A stretch of DNA of 64,000 nt, taken from assembly GCA_002269645.1 (NCBI GenBank), contig NIVC01000962.1:62001-126000 (forward strand), given 5' to 3'. This DNA comes from Macrostomum lignano. Its lineage: Eukaryota. Below, one piece after another: positions 36,203 through 48,811 of the stretch. The position numbers and the translations under genes were made by a program. The notes under the pieces were generated by a model that searched no databases, was not told where the DNA came from, and saw only the letters and a list, made by a program, of their open reading frames with translations. Each line of letters starts with the position of its first letter. Positions within the stretch are counted from its first letter, which is position 1.

Positions 36203-37497
36203 TTTTTGCTCTATATAGTTATAATTGCTTTTTAAATATTTAGGTTATAGTCCATTTGTTTGAAAATTTAGTTATTATATTCTTAATCTCAACTTTAAAA
36301 GAGTAAACACAGCAAGTAGGATATGTAGATAACTAATTGGATTCTTAGAAAATTATTTTTAGGCATTTACAAATCATTTTTAGTATTGTACTAATATATT
36401 CTTATATTTGCTTACTGCTGCAATAATTTAAGATTTATATATAATCATTGTAATGTTTTTTATTTCAATAATAAACAAAATTATTGATAAAAAAATTTAA
36501 ATCATTTTTTTATTTCAATAATAAATAATGCCAAAGGGATCAATCATAATAAAAGTATTTTTTTTGTATTTTAGCAGAAAAAATACCTAATAAAGATTTT
36601 GTTTAAATTTGAAAAGCTATAAAAGCTTTTGCTAATATATTATATATATTAAGATATAATACAAGGATATATCTATGGTTTACATAAACACAATTATTGC
36701 TATTCAGTAATATTATACATAGAACATGCAAGAAAGCAAAAGATAATGTCATGCATAGAAAAAAGTTATAGAATAAGGTTACATGTCCATCTTCTTCATA
36801 TAGTCCTTGCTTGTATGATACTATAACTGTATAATATATATAATAATATTTTTCATATACTTATAGCAGTACTAGGCAGCTATTTATTATTGGAATTATG
36901 CTTTTACATTTGCCCCTTCTATATACTAGACCATCTTGCATGTATACATATACACAGTAGCAAGGGCTAGCTGGACTTTATAGTTTTGTATCCAAAAAGC
37001 TTATTGCATTCAAAGTATGAGGAATTCTACTTATCCAATGGCTGAAATATACTAGTTTATGCTACCTATTCATGTATTTTGTTTTGTATAAGCAGTAAAT
37101 CAACAGTAAAAAGTGAGTGTTGGTCATACTAAATTTTGTATTTTCTGAGTTTCAATTATGAAAAATTTCAATTTTGATTTCAGGAAGTAGCAAATTTCAA
37201 TTTCAGTTTTGATTTTGACAGAAAAGGCACCTTTGAAACATCTCTATAACAAATAGATTTAGTTCTTTTAAGCAATAAAAAATCTATTTATATATTTGTC
37301 ATTGCTCCAATTTTAAAGAAACTTTAGGAATTCTACAAAGGTAGTTTAATATCAGTAATGCTAAAAAAGTAACAATATTGCTAGCATTTCTGTTACTAAT
37401 ACCAATGTAATGACAATCATGTCTTACATGATTACTGTAGATATGTATTTATTCATATCCGGTATTCACAATCTGTTTTACATCTGCACTCCAATAG

Positions 37498-37737
37498 ATT
37501 GCTCTGGACTCCATGGTTCGTTATGTGTCGCCAATCAACCCGGCTGTGTTCCCGCACCTCACCCTGGTGCTGCTCGGCATTGGCATCTTCTTCACTGCTT
37601 GGTTCTTCGTCTATGAAGTGACGGCCAACAAGTTTAGCCGCGACATCTTCAAGGAGATTCTCATCTCGCTGGTTGCCTCCGTGTTCATGGGATTTGGCAT
37701 CCTGTTTCTGTGCCTGTGGGTTGGGATTTATGTTTAG
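37498..37737 (+). CDS. TMEM258: TMEM258 (OST5/Kuduk, oligosaccharyltransferase subunit), main exon
   Basis: [44 protein letters not shown]; acceptor AATAG|ATT. Confidence 0.96.
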   Translation: MALDSMVRYVSPINPAVFPHLTLVLLGIGIFFTAWFFVYEVTANKFSRDIFKEILISLVASVFMGFGILFLCLWVGIYV

Positions 37738-38207
37738 TTGGCATTGATTCAAACATTTCAGATTGACTTGAGCTGTTCTGCTGCCAAAATTGGTTTTTTT
37801 CTAACACGCTAGCGTTTTTAATAGTCGATATCGTAATTTAAGGCTAACAAAGAAATATTGTTGGATGTTGTTTCGCATTACTAAACTCTACTACTAGCTT
37901 ATATTCCTGTTACTGTTAGTAGTGTATTAATAATATGCGTTTCTCACGACTATGTGGTGTGTTTTCTCTGTTACGACTATTATATGTCTACTTATGCATT
38001 CATTATAAAAAGACTTTGAATTAGTCCCGAAATCAGATCAAATCCGAATTCTTTTCCATTTGCGCTGTAACTGTGCGCTTAGAATTTCAATAAATAGGAA
38101 TTATTAGCCGCTGTGCAATCTTTAGGCCTGCTTATGGAGTACATTGCAGTGTACTGCTTTCTCCTTTCATTCATTAGTTGTTTTTAAAATGCTATTGTAG
38201 AACACTC

Positions 38208-38509
38208 CCCAGATCCTCAGTTGCTGGGCCAGCCTCCCAGATCCTCAGTTGCTGGGCCAGCCTCCCAGATCCTCAGTTGCTGGGCCAGCCTCCCAGATCC
38301 TCAGTTGCTGAGCCAGCTTCCCAGAGTGTCAGATGCTGGGCCAGCCTCCCAGATCCTCAGTTGCTAGGCCAGCCTCCCAGATCCTCAGTTGCTGAGCCAG
38401 CTTCCCAGAGTGTCAGATGCTGGGTCAGCCTTCCAGATCATCAGTTGCTGGGCTAGCCTTCCAGATCCTCAGTTGCTAGGGCAGTCTCCCAGATCCTCAA
38501 TTGCTGGGC
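38208..38509. repeat. 28-bp minisatellite family, locus 2 (~11 copies), just upstream of the CCP110-like ATG
   Basis: Unit CCCAGATCCTCAGTTGCTGGGCCAGCCT. Confidence 0.95.
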
Positions 38510-38562
38510 ATTTCTTAGTCATAGTTACAACTAGTCCAGCTTCTCCGCCTCATCTTCTGACG

Positions 38563-39606
38563 ATGGAGCGCGCAGCGCAGCTCCTAGACCAGCTGGACGC
38601 GCAGAGCCTCGCCCTCGAGCTGCTGTCCGAGCGCATCGATCGAATGCGCGCAGCCAACGCCCGGGCCATCGGCGACTTGGATCGCCACTGTGGCTCCGGT
38701 CTCGTCACCGAGCTGCCGCCGGCGCCGCTGATGTCGGCGGAGGCCGCGGCCGCCTGCGCCGTCACCCGCGAGGCCGCTTGCCGAGTGGAGCTGCGCCTCC
38801 TGCTGGCCAGAAACCAGCAGCGCTGGCGCCGGCACCACCAGCAGCAGCTGCAGCAGAAGCAGCAATTCCAGCAGCAGCAGCAACAGAATCCGTCGGCTTT
38901 GCCGCCGCAAGAGCCGCGCACCCGAACCGACGCCCTGAGCGTCTCCTACCAGAAGCAGAAACTGCAGCAACAGCAACAGCAGCAGCAGCAACAGGCAGCC
39001 AATCAGCTGCCGCAATCGTCTGTCAACTCGTGCGTGAAGACCAGCGCCTCCAGCAGCGAGGACCCGCTGGTCAGCACCGTGATTCAGAACCGGCAGCCGG
39101 CCACCGTCACGGAGCCGGCCCCGCCAACTGAGAGCACAGACCTTGGCCAGTACATGCGGGCCAGCCTGACCAGCTCTGCCATGAGCAGTCTGCCACACGA
39201 CGATGACGAGCTTGACAATCAAGATGACGAGCAGGACGCGGAGGTAGAGCAGCGCGAGAGGCACTACGGCGATATCGGCGACCTGGTTGATGGCGGGGGC
39301 CATGTTGCAGCCTCCTCGACCGCCGCTGCCGCTGTTGCTGCCGCAGCCGGCGAGCGTCAGCGCTGCGAGCGGGAGCTTCGAGATCAGGAGAGCCGACTGC
39401 TCCGTGCTCAGGCGGCCCTGGCCGCTGTCAGGGAAGAGGCATCGCTTCAGCCGGCTCAATCTCGGCAGCCGCGGCAGCAGCATTCGAATTCCTACGCAGC
39501 CATGGGACCGGCCGGGCATCCGCGCTACAGGCGGGCCTGGTGCCGGCTCACCGCCATTGGGCGGGGATTCTTAGTTCGCCGTCTAATGCAGAGTGATCGG
39601 GTCCAG
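38563..39606 (+). CDS. CCP110: CCP110-like centriolar protein, exon A
   Basis: Ends WCRLTAIGRGFLVRRLMQSDRVQ, matching the CP110 LTAIAKGFLTRRLMQT motif. Donor CAG|GTGAGC. An additional upstream exon is possible. Confidence 0.8.
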
Positions 39607-39689
39607 GTGAGCAGGGCTTGTTTTTGCAGCGCTTGGCTTGCTCTTATATGCGAAGGCTGTGAGCAGTTACCAGATCCCTCACTTGCCAT

Positions 39690-40080
39690 ATCCCAGATCC
39701 TTTATTCCTTATCACGGATCCCAGATCCTATATCCCAAATCTCAGATCCCATATCCCAGTATTCCAGATCTCATATCCCATATTCCAGATCTCATATCCC
39801 AGATCCCTTATCCTATATCCCATATCCTAGTTTCTAGATCTCATATCCTAGATCCAATATCCCAGATCCCATATCCTAGATCCCATATCCTAGATCCCAT
39901 ATCCTATATCCCAGATCCCAAATCCTAGATCCCATATCTCAGATCTTATATCCCAGGACCAGATCCCATATCCTAGATCCCATATCCCAGATCCCAAATC
40001 CTAGATTCCATATCCCAAATCCTAGATTCCATATCCCAAATCCTAGATCCCAAATCCCAGATCCCACATCCCACATCCCA
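39690..40080. repeat. Degenerate ~14-bp repeat CCCATATCCCAGAT in CCP110 intron
   Basis: Recurrent CCCATATCC(C/T)AGAT. Confidence 0.85.
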
Positions 40081-40117
40081 TAGCCCAGAGTGCAATCCCG
40101 AGCCCCGCGCCCTCCAG

Positions 40118-40555
40118 GAAATAGTCCGAGCAATCCGGGACACGGCCGAGTTTGCGGTCTCGCTGGTCCGGCAGCGCCAATCGGCGGTCCCGGCGGCGGG
40201 CGCCATCGTGGGCAGCGCGGCGATCAGCGACATGGCGCTGCAGGAGCGCGTAGTGAAAAGTCTGCGCGCCTCGCTGCTAGAATTGCACGACGTGTTCTTC
40301 TCGCTGCCAAGGCGACGCCAGCTGGGCCTGATTGCCGCCACCCGGCAGGCGAGGATCGAGGCGCTGAGGAAACGGGCCAGCGTGGCCACCAGCGTGGAGA
40401 CAACCGGCTCTTTCTCCGCCCCGAGCGCGTCCGCCGCCGTTTCTAGCGACGCTGGCTCGTCTCCAAGGCAGCACCGGCAGCTCGAATTGCTGGCCGGCAG
40501 CGGCGGCTCAGTTCAGCCCCAGCAGCTGCAGCAGACATCCGTGACCAAGAAGATG
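40118..40555 (+). CDS. CCP110: CCP110-like exon B
   Basis: EIVRAIRDTAEF..DMALQERVVKSLRASLLELHDVFF resembles CP110 [24 protein letters not shown]. 438 nt, phase 0-0. Confidence 0.85.
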
Positions 40556-40616
40556 GTTTGTCCTGATTTTAAATTCATGTGCTGATGCTCTTGTGTCACC
40601 TAGGGCGCCTTATTCT

Positions 40617-41790
40617 GTTGCTAATCCCCTCTCATGATCCTTCATGTGACTGCTAATCCCCTCTCACGATCCTAAATGTGACTGCTGATCCCCTCTCACG
40701 ATCCTAAATGTGACTGCTAATCCCCTCTCACGATCCTAAATGTGACTGCTGATCCCCTCTCACGATCCTAAATGTGACTGCTAATCCCCTCTCACGATCC
40801 TAAATGTGACTGCTAATCCCCTCTCACGATCCTAAATGTGACTGCTAATCCCCTCTCACGATCCTTCATGTGACTGCTAATCCCCTCTCACGATCCTAAA
40901 TGTGACTGCTGATCCCCTCTCACGATCCTAAATGTGACTGCTAATCCCCTCTCATGATCCTTCATGTGACTGCTAATCCCCTCTCACGATCCTAAATGTG
41001 ACTGCTAATCCCCTCTCACGATCCTAAATGTGACTGCTAATCCCCTCTCACGATCCTAAATGTGACTGCTAATCCCCTCTCATAATCCTACATGTGACTG
41101 CTAATCCCCTCTCATAATCCTACATGTGACTGCTAATCCCCTCTCACGATCCTACATGTGACTGCTAATCCCCTCTCATGATCCTACATGTGACTGCTAA
41201 TCCCCTCTCATGATCCTACATGTGACTGCTAATCCCCTCTCACGATCCTAAATGTGACTGCTAATCCCCTCTCACGATCCTAAATGTGACTGCTAATCCC
41301 CTCTCACGATCCTAAATGTGACTGCTAATCCCCTCTCACGATCCTAAATGTGACTGCTAATCCCCTCTCATAATCCTACATGTGACTGCTAATCCCCTCT
41401 CATAATCCTACATGTGACTGCTAATCCCCTCTCACGATCCTACATGTGACTGCTAATCCCCTCTCATGATCCTACATGTGACTGCTAATCCCCTCTCATG
41501 ATCCTACATGTGACTGCTAATCCCCTCTCACGATCCTAAATGTGACTGCTAATCCCCTCTCACGATCCTAAATGTGACTGCTAATCCCCTCTCACGATCC
41601 TAAATGTGACTGCTAATCCCCTCTCACGATCCTAAATGTGACTGCTAATCCCCTCTCATAATCCTACATGTGACTGCTAATCCCCTCTCATAATCCTACA
41701 TGTGACTTCTAATCCCCTCTCATGATCCTACATGTGACTGCTAATCCCCTCTCATAATCCTACATGTGACTGCTAATCCCCTCTCATGAT
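40617..41790. repeat. 32-bp minisatellite TGCTAATCCCCTCTCACGATCCTAAATGTGAC (~36 copies), CCP110 intron
   Basis: Direct periodicity. Confidence 0.96.
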
Positions 41791-41842
41791 CCCACACTGA
41801 TCCTACAGTCCCCTACAATCTTACAATATCCCCAACCCGCAG

Positions 41843-42391
41843 ATCTCCGCTGCAACTCGCAAGCGGATGCTGGCCCGCCAGCAGCAGCAGCAACAAGCCC
41901 CTAGCAACCGGCCAGCCACAGCCGCAGTTGTCAGGCAGCCGCAGGCGCACCCAGCCCAGTTGCTAAGCAACGGCAGGAGCGCAGAGTCGGCCCCGGCGTC
42001 CCGACCGAAAACTGCGCCAAACTCGGTGACCAACAGCAAGGCTGGCAGCCACAACAGCAACAACAACAGCAACAACAACAGCAACAACAACAGCAACAAC
42101 AACAACAACAACAACAACAAGCATTACAGCAGCGGCAATAGCAACGGCAGTGCCAATGCTGCCAGTCAGCTATCGCGGCGTCACCAGGAGCAGCCGCCTG
42201 TCAATCATCAGCTGGCCGCTGCCGTCAAGCGTCACATGGCTCTTGACGGCCATCGTCGGGTCACTCGCCTGCTGGCTGGCAACGGTCGCAGCGGCAGCGC
42301 AGCCTCCGATGAGGCACAATCGCCGACCTCCGATGAGATCGCCGACCTCACTGCTATGGGCCCGGCTCCCGTGATTTACGTGAAAAAGTAG
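41843..42391 (+). CDS. CCP110: CCP110-like last exon
   Basis: Acceptor CCCGCAG|ATC. ISAATRKRM resembles the CP110 LSAAT motif; contains an Asn/Ser microsatellite tract; in frame to TAG. Confidence 0.75.
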   Translation: MSAATRKRMLARQQQQQQAPSNRPATAAVVRQPQAHPAQLLSNGRSAESAPASRPKTAPNSVTNSKAGSHNSNNNSNNNSNNNSNNNNNNNNKHYSSGNSNGSANAASQLSRRHQEQPPVNHQLAAAVKRHMALDGHRRVTRLLAGNGRSGSAASDEAQSPTSDEIADLTAMGPAPVIYVKK

Positions 42392-42411
42392 CGAGTAGTA
42401 CTCGTTTGTCA

Positions 42412-42660
42412 CATGATATCCCTATTTTAGAAATCCCCAATTGGATATTGATCCCAATTTATAAATCCATAATCTGGGATATTGATCCCAATGTAGAAAT
42501 CCTTAATTTGGGATATTGATCCCAATTTAGAAATCCTTAATTTGGGATATTGATCCCAATTTAGAAATCCATAATTTGCTATATTGATCCCAATTTGGGA
42601 TGCTAGAATCCCTATTTTAAAAATCCCTTATTTCTTATATTAATCCCTACTTCAGAAGTC
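42412..42660. repeat. ~33-bp degenerate repeat with internal hairpin TTGGGATATTGATCCCAA
   Basis: About 5-7 copies starting just after the CCP110 stop. Confidence 0.8.
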
Positions 42661-42959
42661 CCAACAGGGGTTCATTATGGCTTATCTTTGAACTTGCAAG
42701 CACATTTTTGAGCTCGAATATCAACGGCCGTCTTTGTTCGCAAACATTCGCACCTGAGGCATTTTTACTACTACTGCATATACTACTACATATATATTTA
42801 CTACTGATTATTGGGCTGGTAGGCCCTGCCTGCTACGGTGTCACACCTGTTCCCTACTGTTCCCCACCGGCTTTCACTCCGCTTTGCAAAAAAAAGTTTT
42901 TTATCCTTTGCGCGGCCGAGATGGCTTTTTTAACGCCATTTGCTTGACTCTGTTGACTT

Positions 42960-44065
42960 GCTTTTCACACCTTGTGTCACTCTATTCCTTCAATTTGGGT
43001 GTCATCACTCCTTGTGTCACTCCATTCCTTCAATTTGGGTGTCATCACTCCTTGTGTCACTCCATTCCTTCAATTTGGGTATATTGTCACTCCTTGTGTC
43101 ACTCCATTCCTTCAATTTGGGTATCTTGTCACTCATTGTGTCACTCCATTCCTTCAATTTGGGTATCTTGTCACTCCTTGTGTCACTCTATTCCTTCAAT
43201 TTGGGTATCTTGTCACACCTTGTGTCACTCCATTCCTTCAATTTGGGTATCTTGTCACTCCTTGTGTCACTCTATTCCTTCAATTTGGGTATCTTGTCAC
43301 TCCTTGTGTCACTCTATTCCTTCAATTTGGGTATCTTGTCACTCCTTGTGTCACTCTATTCCTTCAATTTGGGTATCTTGTCACTCCTTGTGTCACTCTA
43401 TTCCTTCAATTTGGGTGTCATCACTCCTTGTGTCACTATTCCTTCAATTTAGGTGTCTTGTCACTCCTTGTGTCACTCTATTCCTTCAATTTAGGTATCT
43501 TGTCACTCCTTGTGTCACTCTATTCCTTCAATTTAGGTATCTTGTCACTCCTTGTGTCACTCTATTCCTTCAATTTAGGTATCTTGTCACTCCTTGTGTC
43601 ACTCTATTCCTTCAATTTAGGTGTCTTGTCACTCCTTGTGTCACTCTATTCCTTCAATTTAGGTATCTTGTCACTCCTTGTGTCACTCTATTCCTTCAAT
43701 TTGGGTATCTTGTCACTCCTTGTGTCACTCTATTCCTTCAATTTAGGTGTCTTGTCACTCCTTGTGTCACTCTATTCCTTCAATTTGGGTATCTTGTCAC
43801 ATCTTGTATCACTCTATTCCTTCAATTTGGGTGTCATCACTCCTTGTGTCACTATTCCTTCAATTTAGGTGTCTTGTCACATCTTGTATCACTCTATTCC
43901 TTCAATTTAGGTATCTTGTCACTCCTTGTGTCACTCTATTCCTTCGATTTGGGTATCTTGTCACACCTTGTGTCACTCCATTCCTTCAATTTGGGTATCT
44001 TGTCACACCTTGTGTCACTCTATTCTTTCAATTTGGGTATCTTGTCATTTTTTGTGTCACTCCAT
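42960..44065. repeat. 42-bp minisatellite TTGTGTCACTCTATTCCTTCAATTTGGGTATCTTGTCACTCC (~26 copies)
   Basis: Direct periodicity. Confidence 0.96.
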
Positions 44066-44764
44066 TACTTTAATATCGGCTTCTTTTCACATTTTTCATT
44101 CCGTGTTTCATCACCAACAGCTTGTTCTGTGGACCAGAATTTCTGTTAAAATTAATTGTAGACAAAACCTGCCCTCTTCTACTTATTTTCAGTAGTTATC
44201 AGTAGTATGTGTAGCTCGTTCTTCCGATGGATACAATATTTATATTTATTATTTGGCATCGAACTTGTATCGCGTTGAACGCTTGTCAATCCAATAAATC
44301 TACATTTTATGTCAAGCATATCAATAATTATAATTTTGTTTATTCACTCAAACTGCGGGATATTTATGTATTAGTTGTTTGCTTTGGCTTGTAAATATAC
44401 CGACATGAGCTGCTTCTCAGCCTGGAACAGTCCGTTTGGAAATAGTTTCATAATAACTGCTTTCTATAAAGTCATGCAGCACATTTCTGTTTTTATTTGA
44501 GTTCAAGAAAGTAAAGTATTGGGATCATAGTTCTGCTCCTTCCCAATATTTATATTCATAAATGACAAGATCTGTTTACAGCTCAGCGATTGCTTTAGAA
44601 AGGAAAGGAAACTCTGATAAATAATTGGCATTCAGAAAAATTACAGTAAATATTGAAGTACTCGGTGAACTTACATCAGCCTTGAAAATATTTACAGAAT
44701 TTTTCGGGTTAGCAAAACTGCAATGGGCGATTCTTTGTAGTCTGGGGCACCTTGTCAGTACTGG

Positions 44765-46245
44765 CGAGTTCTTGTCAGACATTCTCACCCACTCTTGTCA
44801 GACATTCTCACCCGCTCTTGTCAGACTCGTCCCCACTCTTGCCAGACTCATCACCCACTCTTGTCAGACATTCTCACCCACTCTTGTCAGACTCGTTACC
44901 CACTCTTGTCAGACTCGTCACCCGCACTTGTCAGACATTCTCACCCACTCTTGTCAGACTCATCACCCGCTCTTGTCAGACATTCTCACCCGCTCTTGTC
45001 AGACTCATCACCCGCTCTTGTCAGACATTCTCACCCGCTCTTGTCAGACTCGTCACCCACTCTTGCCAGACTCATCACCCACTCTTGTCAGACATTCTCA
45101 CCCACTCTTGTCAGACTCGTTACCCACTCTTGTCAGACTCGTCACCCGCACTTGTCAGACATTCTCACCCGCTCTTGTCAGACTCATCACCCGCTCTTGT
45201 CAGACATTCTCACCCGCTCTTGTCAGACTCATCACCCGCTCTTGTCAGACATTCTCACCCGCTCTTGTCAGACTCATCACCCGCTCTTGTCAGACATTCT
45301 CACCCACTCTTGTCAGACTCATCACCCGCTCTTGTCAGACATTCTCACCCGCTCTTGTCAGACTCATCACCCGCTCTTGTCAGACATTCTCACCCGCTCT
45401 TGTCAGACTCGTCACCCACTCTTGCCAGACTCATCACCCACTCTTGTCAGACATTCTCACCCACTCTTGTCAGACTCGTTACCCACTCTTGTCAGACTCG
45501 TCACCCGCACTTGTCAGACATTCTCACCCGCTCTTGTCAGACTCATCACCCGCTCTTGTCAGACATTCTCACCCGCTCTTGTCAGACTCATCACCCGCTC
45601 TTGTCAGACATTCTCACCCGCTCTTGTCAGACTCATCACCCGCTCTTGTCAGACATTCTCACCCATATTTGTCAGACTCATCACCCGCTCTTGTCAGACA
45701 TTCTCACCCGCTCTTGTCAGACTCATCACCCGCTCTTGTCAGACATTCTCACCCGCTCTTGTCAGACATTCTCACCCGCTCTTGTCAGACATTCTCACCC
45801 ACTCTTGTCAGACATTCTCACCCATTCTTGTCAGACTCATCACCCGCTCTTGTCAGACATTCTCACCCGCTCTTGTCAGACTCGTCACCCACTCTTATCA
45901 GACATTCTCACCCGCTCTTGTCAGACTCGTCACCCACTCTTATCAGACATTCTCACCCGCTCTTGTCAGACTCATCACCCGCTCTTGTCAGACTCATCAC
46001 CCGCTCTTGTCAGACTCATCACCCGCTCTTGTCAGACTCATCACCCACTCTTGTCAGACTCATCACCCGCTCTTGTCAGACATTCTCACCCGCTCTTGTC
46101 AGACATTCTCACCCGCTCTTGTCAGACATTCTCACCCGCTCTTGTCAGACTCATCACCCACTCTTGTCAGACTCATCACCCACTCTTGTCAGACTCATCA
46201 CCCACTCTTGTCAGACTCATCACCCGCTCTTGTCAGACATTCTCA
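44765..46245. repeat. Mixed 22/23-bp minisatellite (CTCTTGTCAGACTCATCACCCG / CTCTTGTCAGACATTCTCACCCG)
   Basis: The two unit types mostly alternate, giving a 45-bp dimer. Confidence 0.96.
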
Positions 46246-46321
46246 ATCTAACTTTGTGTGATTTAAATCTGAATTTTCCTCTCAGAAAGCTCTCTCCAGC
46301 CTGTCAGCTGTCAGTCTCTTG

Positions 46322-46891
46322 TCAGTCGCTGCTGATTCCAAAGCTGCTGACGGTGGCTCCGGTGGCTGAGGTGACCGAAGTCGATCGCACGCTGAAGCCG
46401 ACGCCGCTAAAGAAGGTGGCAGCGGAAGTTGACCGCACCTGCGCCCTGTCGCTCTCGAAGATGACCGCCTGCTGGCCGGAGTCCTCTTCGCTGGCCGCCA
46501 GCAGCTCCTTGAGCGCCTCGCGATCGTTGGCCTCCTCCAGGCAGCGCTGGACGAAGCGGTCCACCGGTAGGGCGCGGATTCTGGCAACGATCTGCACGCG
46601 GCACACGGGGCAGTTGCGCCTGTTGTAGTCCACGCACCAGGTGCGGATGCACTTCTGGCAGAACATGTGGCCGCAGTTGGCCAGGGTGGCCAGGCTGACC
46701 AGGTTCTGGCACACCGGACAGCAGAACTCGGAGCCCATCATGCGGACAACTTCCTGCATTTGTTGGCGCTTCAGCAGCACGAAGAACAGCTTCTCCATCT
46801 CTTCTCTGGCGTCTGCGCCAGCTCCGCCGCTGCCACCGCCGCAGGTTTTGTTGTCTTCCCCGTCTCCGTCACGCAATTTGTCTGACGACAT
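46322..46891 (-). CDS. Intronless C3HC4 RING-finger protein, RNF8/CHFR-like RING without an FHA domain (189 aa)
   Basis: CPVC-x11-CGHMFCQKC-IRTW-x8-CPVC followed by ALPVDRFVQ; ATG start; GC-rich coding bias. Confidence 0.85.
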   Translation of the reverse strand: MSSDKLRDGDGEDNKTCGGGSGGAGADAREEMEKLFFVLLKRQQMQEVVRMMGSEFCCPVCQNLVSLATLANCGHMFCQKCIRTWCVDYNRRNCPVCRVQIVARIRALPVDRFVQRCLEEANDREALKELLAASEEDSGQQAVIFESDRAQVRSTSAATFFSGVGFSVRSTSVTSATGATVSSFGISSD

Positions 46892-47220
46892 TTTGTTCGA
46901 TAAAAATATTCTTTACTTGCTACTTAGCTTGTTGTTTGAGTAGTCTGTAACGGATTTCGGTTTTTTTGTATGCGAATTTAGGAAAATGAATTAAAAAAAA
47001 GTTCTTTATTGATGGTTTGATGGTTTGTTGTTGCTTACATATTTTCAGGTACAAAGGTGGAAATTATAGCAGGGGTACAAAGCAATATTTGCATCTCGGC
47101 CGTTCACCTATGTTCATCTGTGATGTACACCTGTTTGTATTTATGAGCTCTCGTAAAATGTCTGTTGTATCTTTGGCAACTTAAAAATTGCAATAATTTC
47201 ATTAAGGGTAACTCTGCTAA

Positions 47221-47516
47221 CCCCCCTCAGGCCCCTCAGTGAGCCGCCCTTACCCTCCTCAGGCCCTCAGTGAGCCGCCCCTACCCTCCTCAGGCCCTCA
47301 GTGAGCCGCCCCTACTCTCCTCAGGCCCTCAGTGAGCCGCTACCCTCCTCAGGCCCCTCAGTGAGCCGCCCCTACCCTCCTTAGGCCCTCAGTGAGCCGC
47401 CCCTACCCTCCTCAGGCCCTCAGTGAGCCGCCCCTACTCTCCTCAGGCCCTCAGTGAGCCGCCCCTACCCTCCTCAGGCCCTCAGTGAGCCGCCCCTACC
47501 GTCCTCAGGCCCCTCA
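47221..47516. repeat. ~31-bp minisatellite CCTCAGGCCCTCAGTGAGCCGCCCCTACCCT (~9 copies)
   Basis: Direct periodicity. Confidence 0.92.
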
Positions 47517-48149
47517 AGTGCATGCATGTACACTACATTATAAAAGCAGGTATAAAGCAAGGGCCGCCTTAGCTTTGACGTAGGAAATCAGTATGAGTTG
47601 AGACCAGAGTTACAAATTATAGTCAATATTTATCATATTAAACTTACAAACTTAATTCAGGCGAATATTCGAAGTCCTTTGAAATGCACGATAGGAAAAA
47701 CTGGAGTATCAGGCAGAAGGCTTGTGACGCCACGACACGCCCTGTACTGCTGCTCTGCAGGGGGGGGCAGTTAATATTAGCAGAGATACCCCACCTCCCC
47801 CTCCGCCTCATCTCTTGGCCTTGCGAGCAATTGCAGCATGGACTCTCTAACAACAGACCATTAAAATCGGAGTTGCTGTAGCTCGTATGCTTAGGATAGA
47901 AAATTATAATAGAAAAGATGGAATTGCTGGGAAGAGTTGTGCGCTTTTTACAGATCTAAATATAGTAACTGATGATCAGCTGACCCTGCTCAAACTGCTG
48001 GGCCCTCGGCTTGACTCAGTTCAGAGCGAGCAAATAAAACTGCGGGTCCACCGAGTCAAGGAGAGCTAGAATGAAGGAAACTGGATTTGGAAGCGCGATC
48101 GGTTTAAAAGTCTTTTAAAAGTTCTTTTGGAATAGATCAACAAGCAGAG

Positions 48150-48390
48150 GCGCATATTGGCAGAAGGCGCGCAGAGTCACAAGAGCGCATATTGGCAGAA
48201 GCGCGCAGAGTCAAAGAGCGCATATTGGCAGAAGCGCGCAGAGTCACAAGAGCGCATATTGCAGTAGCGCGCAGTCACAAGAGCGCATATTGGCAGAAGC
48301 GCGCAGAGTCACAAGAGCGCATATTGCCAGAAGCGCGCAGAGTCACAAAGCGCATATTGGCAGAAGCGCGCAGAGTCACAAGAGCGCATA
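48150..48390. repeat. ~34-bp minisatellite GCGCATATTGGCAGAAGCGCGCAGAGTCACAAGA (~7 copies)
   Basis: Direct periodicity with small deletions. Confidence 0.9.
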
Positions 48391-48811
48391 AACGAACGTA
48401 AAAGCAAATCTTTTCAGCCAGTGTTGTCACTCCAGACACTGCATCTAGTGCTGGGTGTGGGCTAGGCGATACTTGGTAGGCAAGTTGGTCTCTCGGGTGT
48501 CCGGAGTTAAAAATAGATCTAAATTTCCTCTCGCAGCGTATTGCTGGTAGTTAGCTATTTATGAGTCATATCTTTTGAGCTCAGGCTTCAAGAGGACTAC
48601 TTGTGAGTTGCCATGCAAAACAGTGCGCTCTGTCATTTATGCTGAGTTGCAAAACTACTTAGCTCAATGGCTACTGCATACAGCCATGAATTTGAGCTCA
48701 TTCCTAAGGTTGAGATCTTTCTAAACTTGATATTATATTGCAAGTACAAAATCTTAATATATTTATGTTTTAGAAATTAAAATATACACTGTAAATTCAG
48801 TAGTAAATTGA

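Noticed and set aside
38389-39837. 482-aa ORF as a single protein
   Set aside because: Its start is 28-bp repeat and its end runs into an intron; the real exon is 38563-39606.
42884-46628. Large 300-670-aa ORFs
   Set aside because: Open in several frames only because the 42-bp and 22/23-bp units lack stop codons; the 3' part is antisense to the RING gene.
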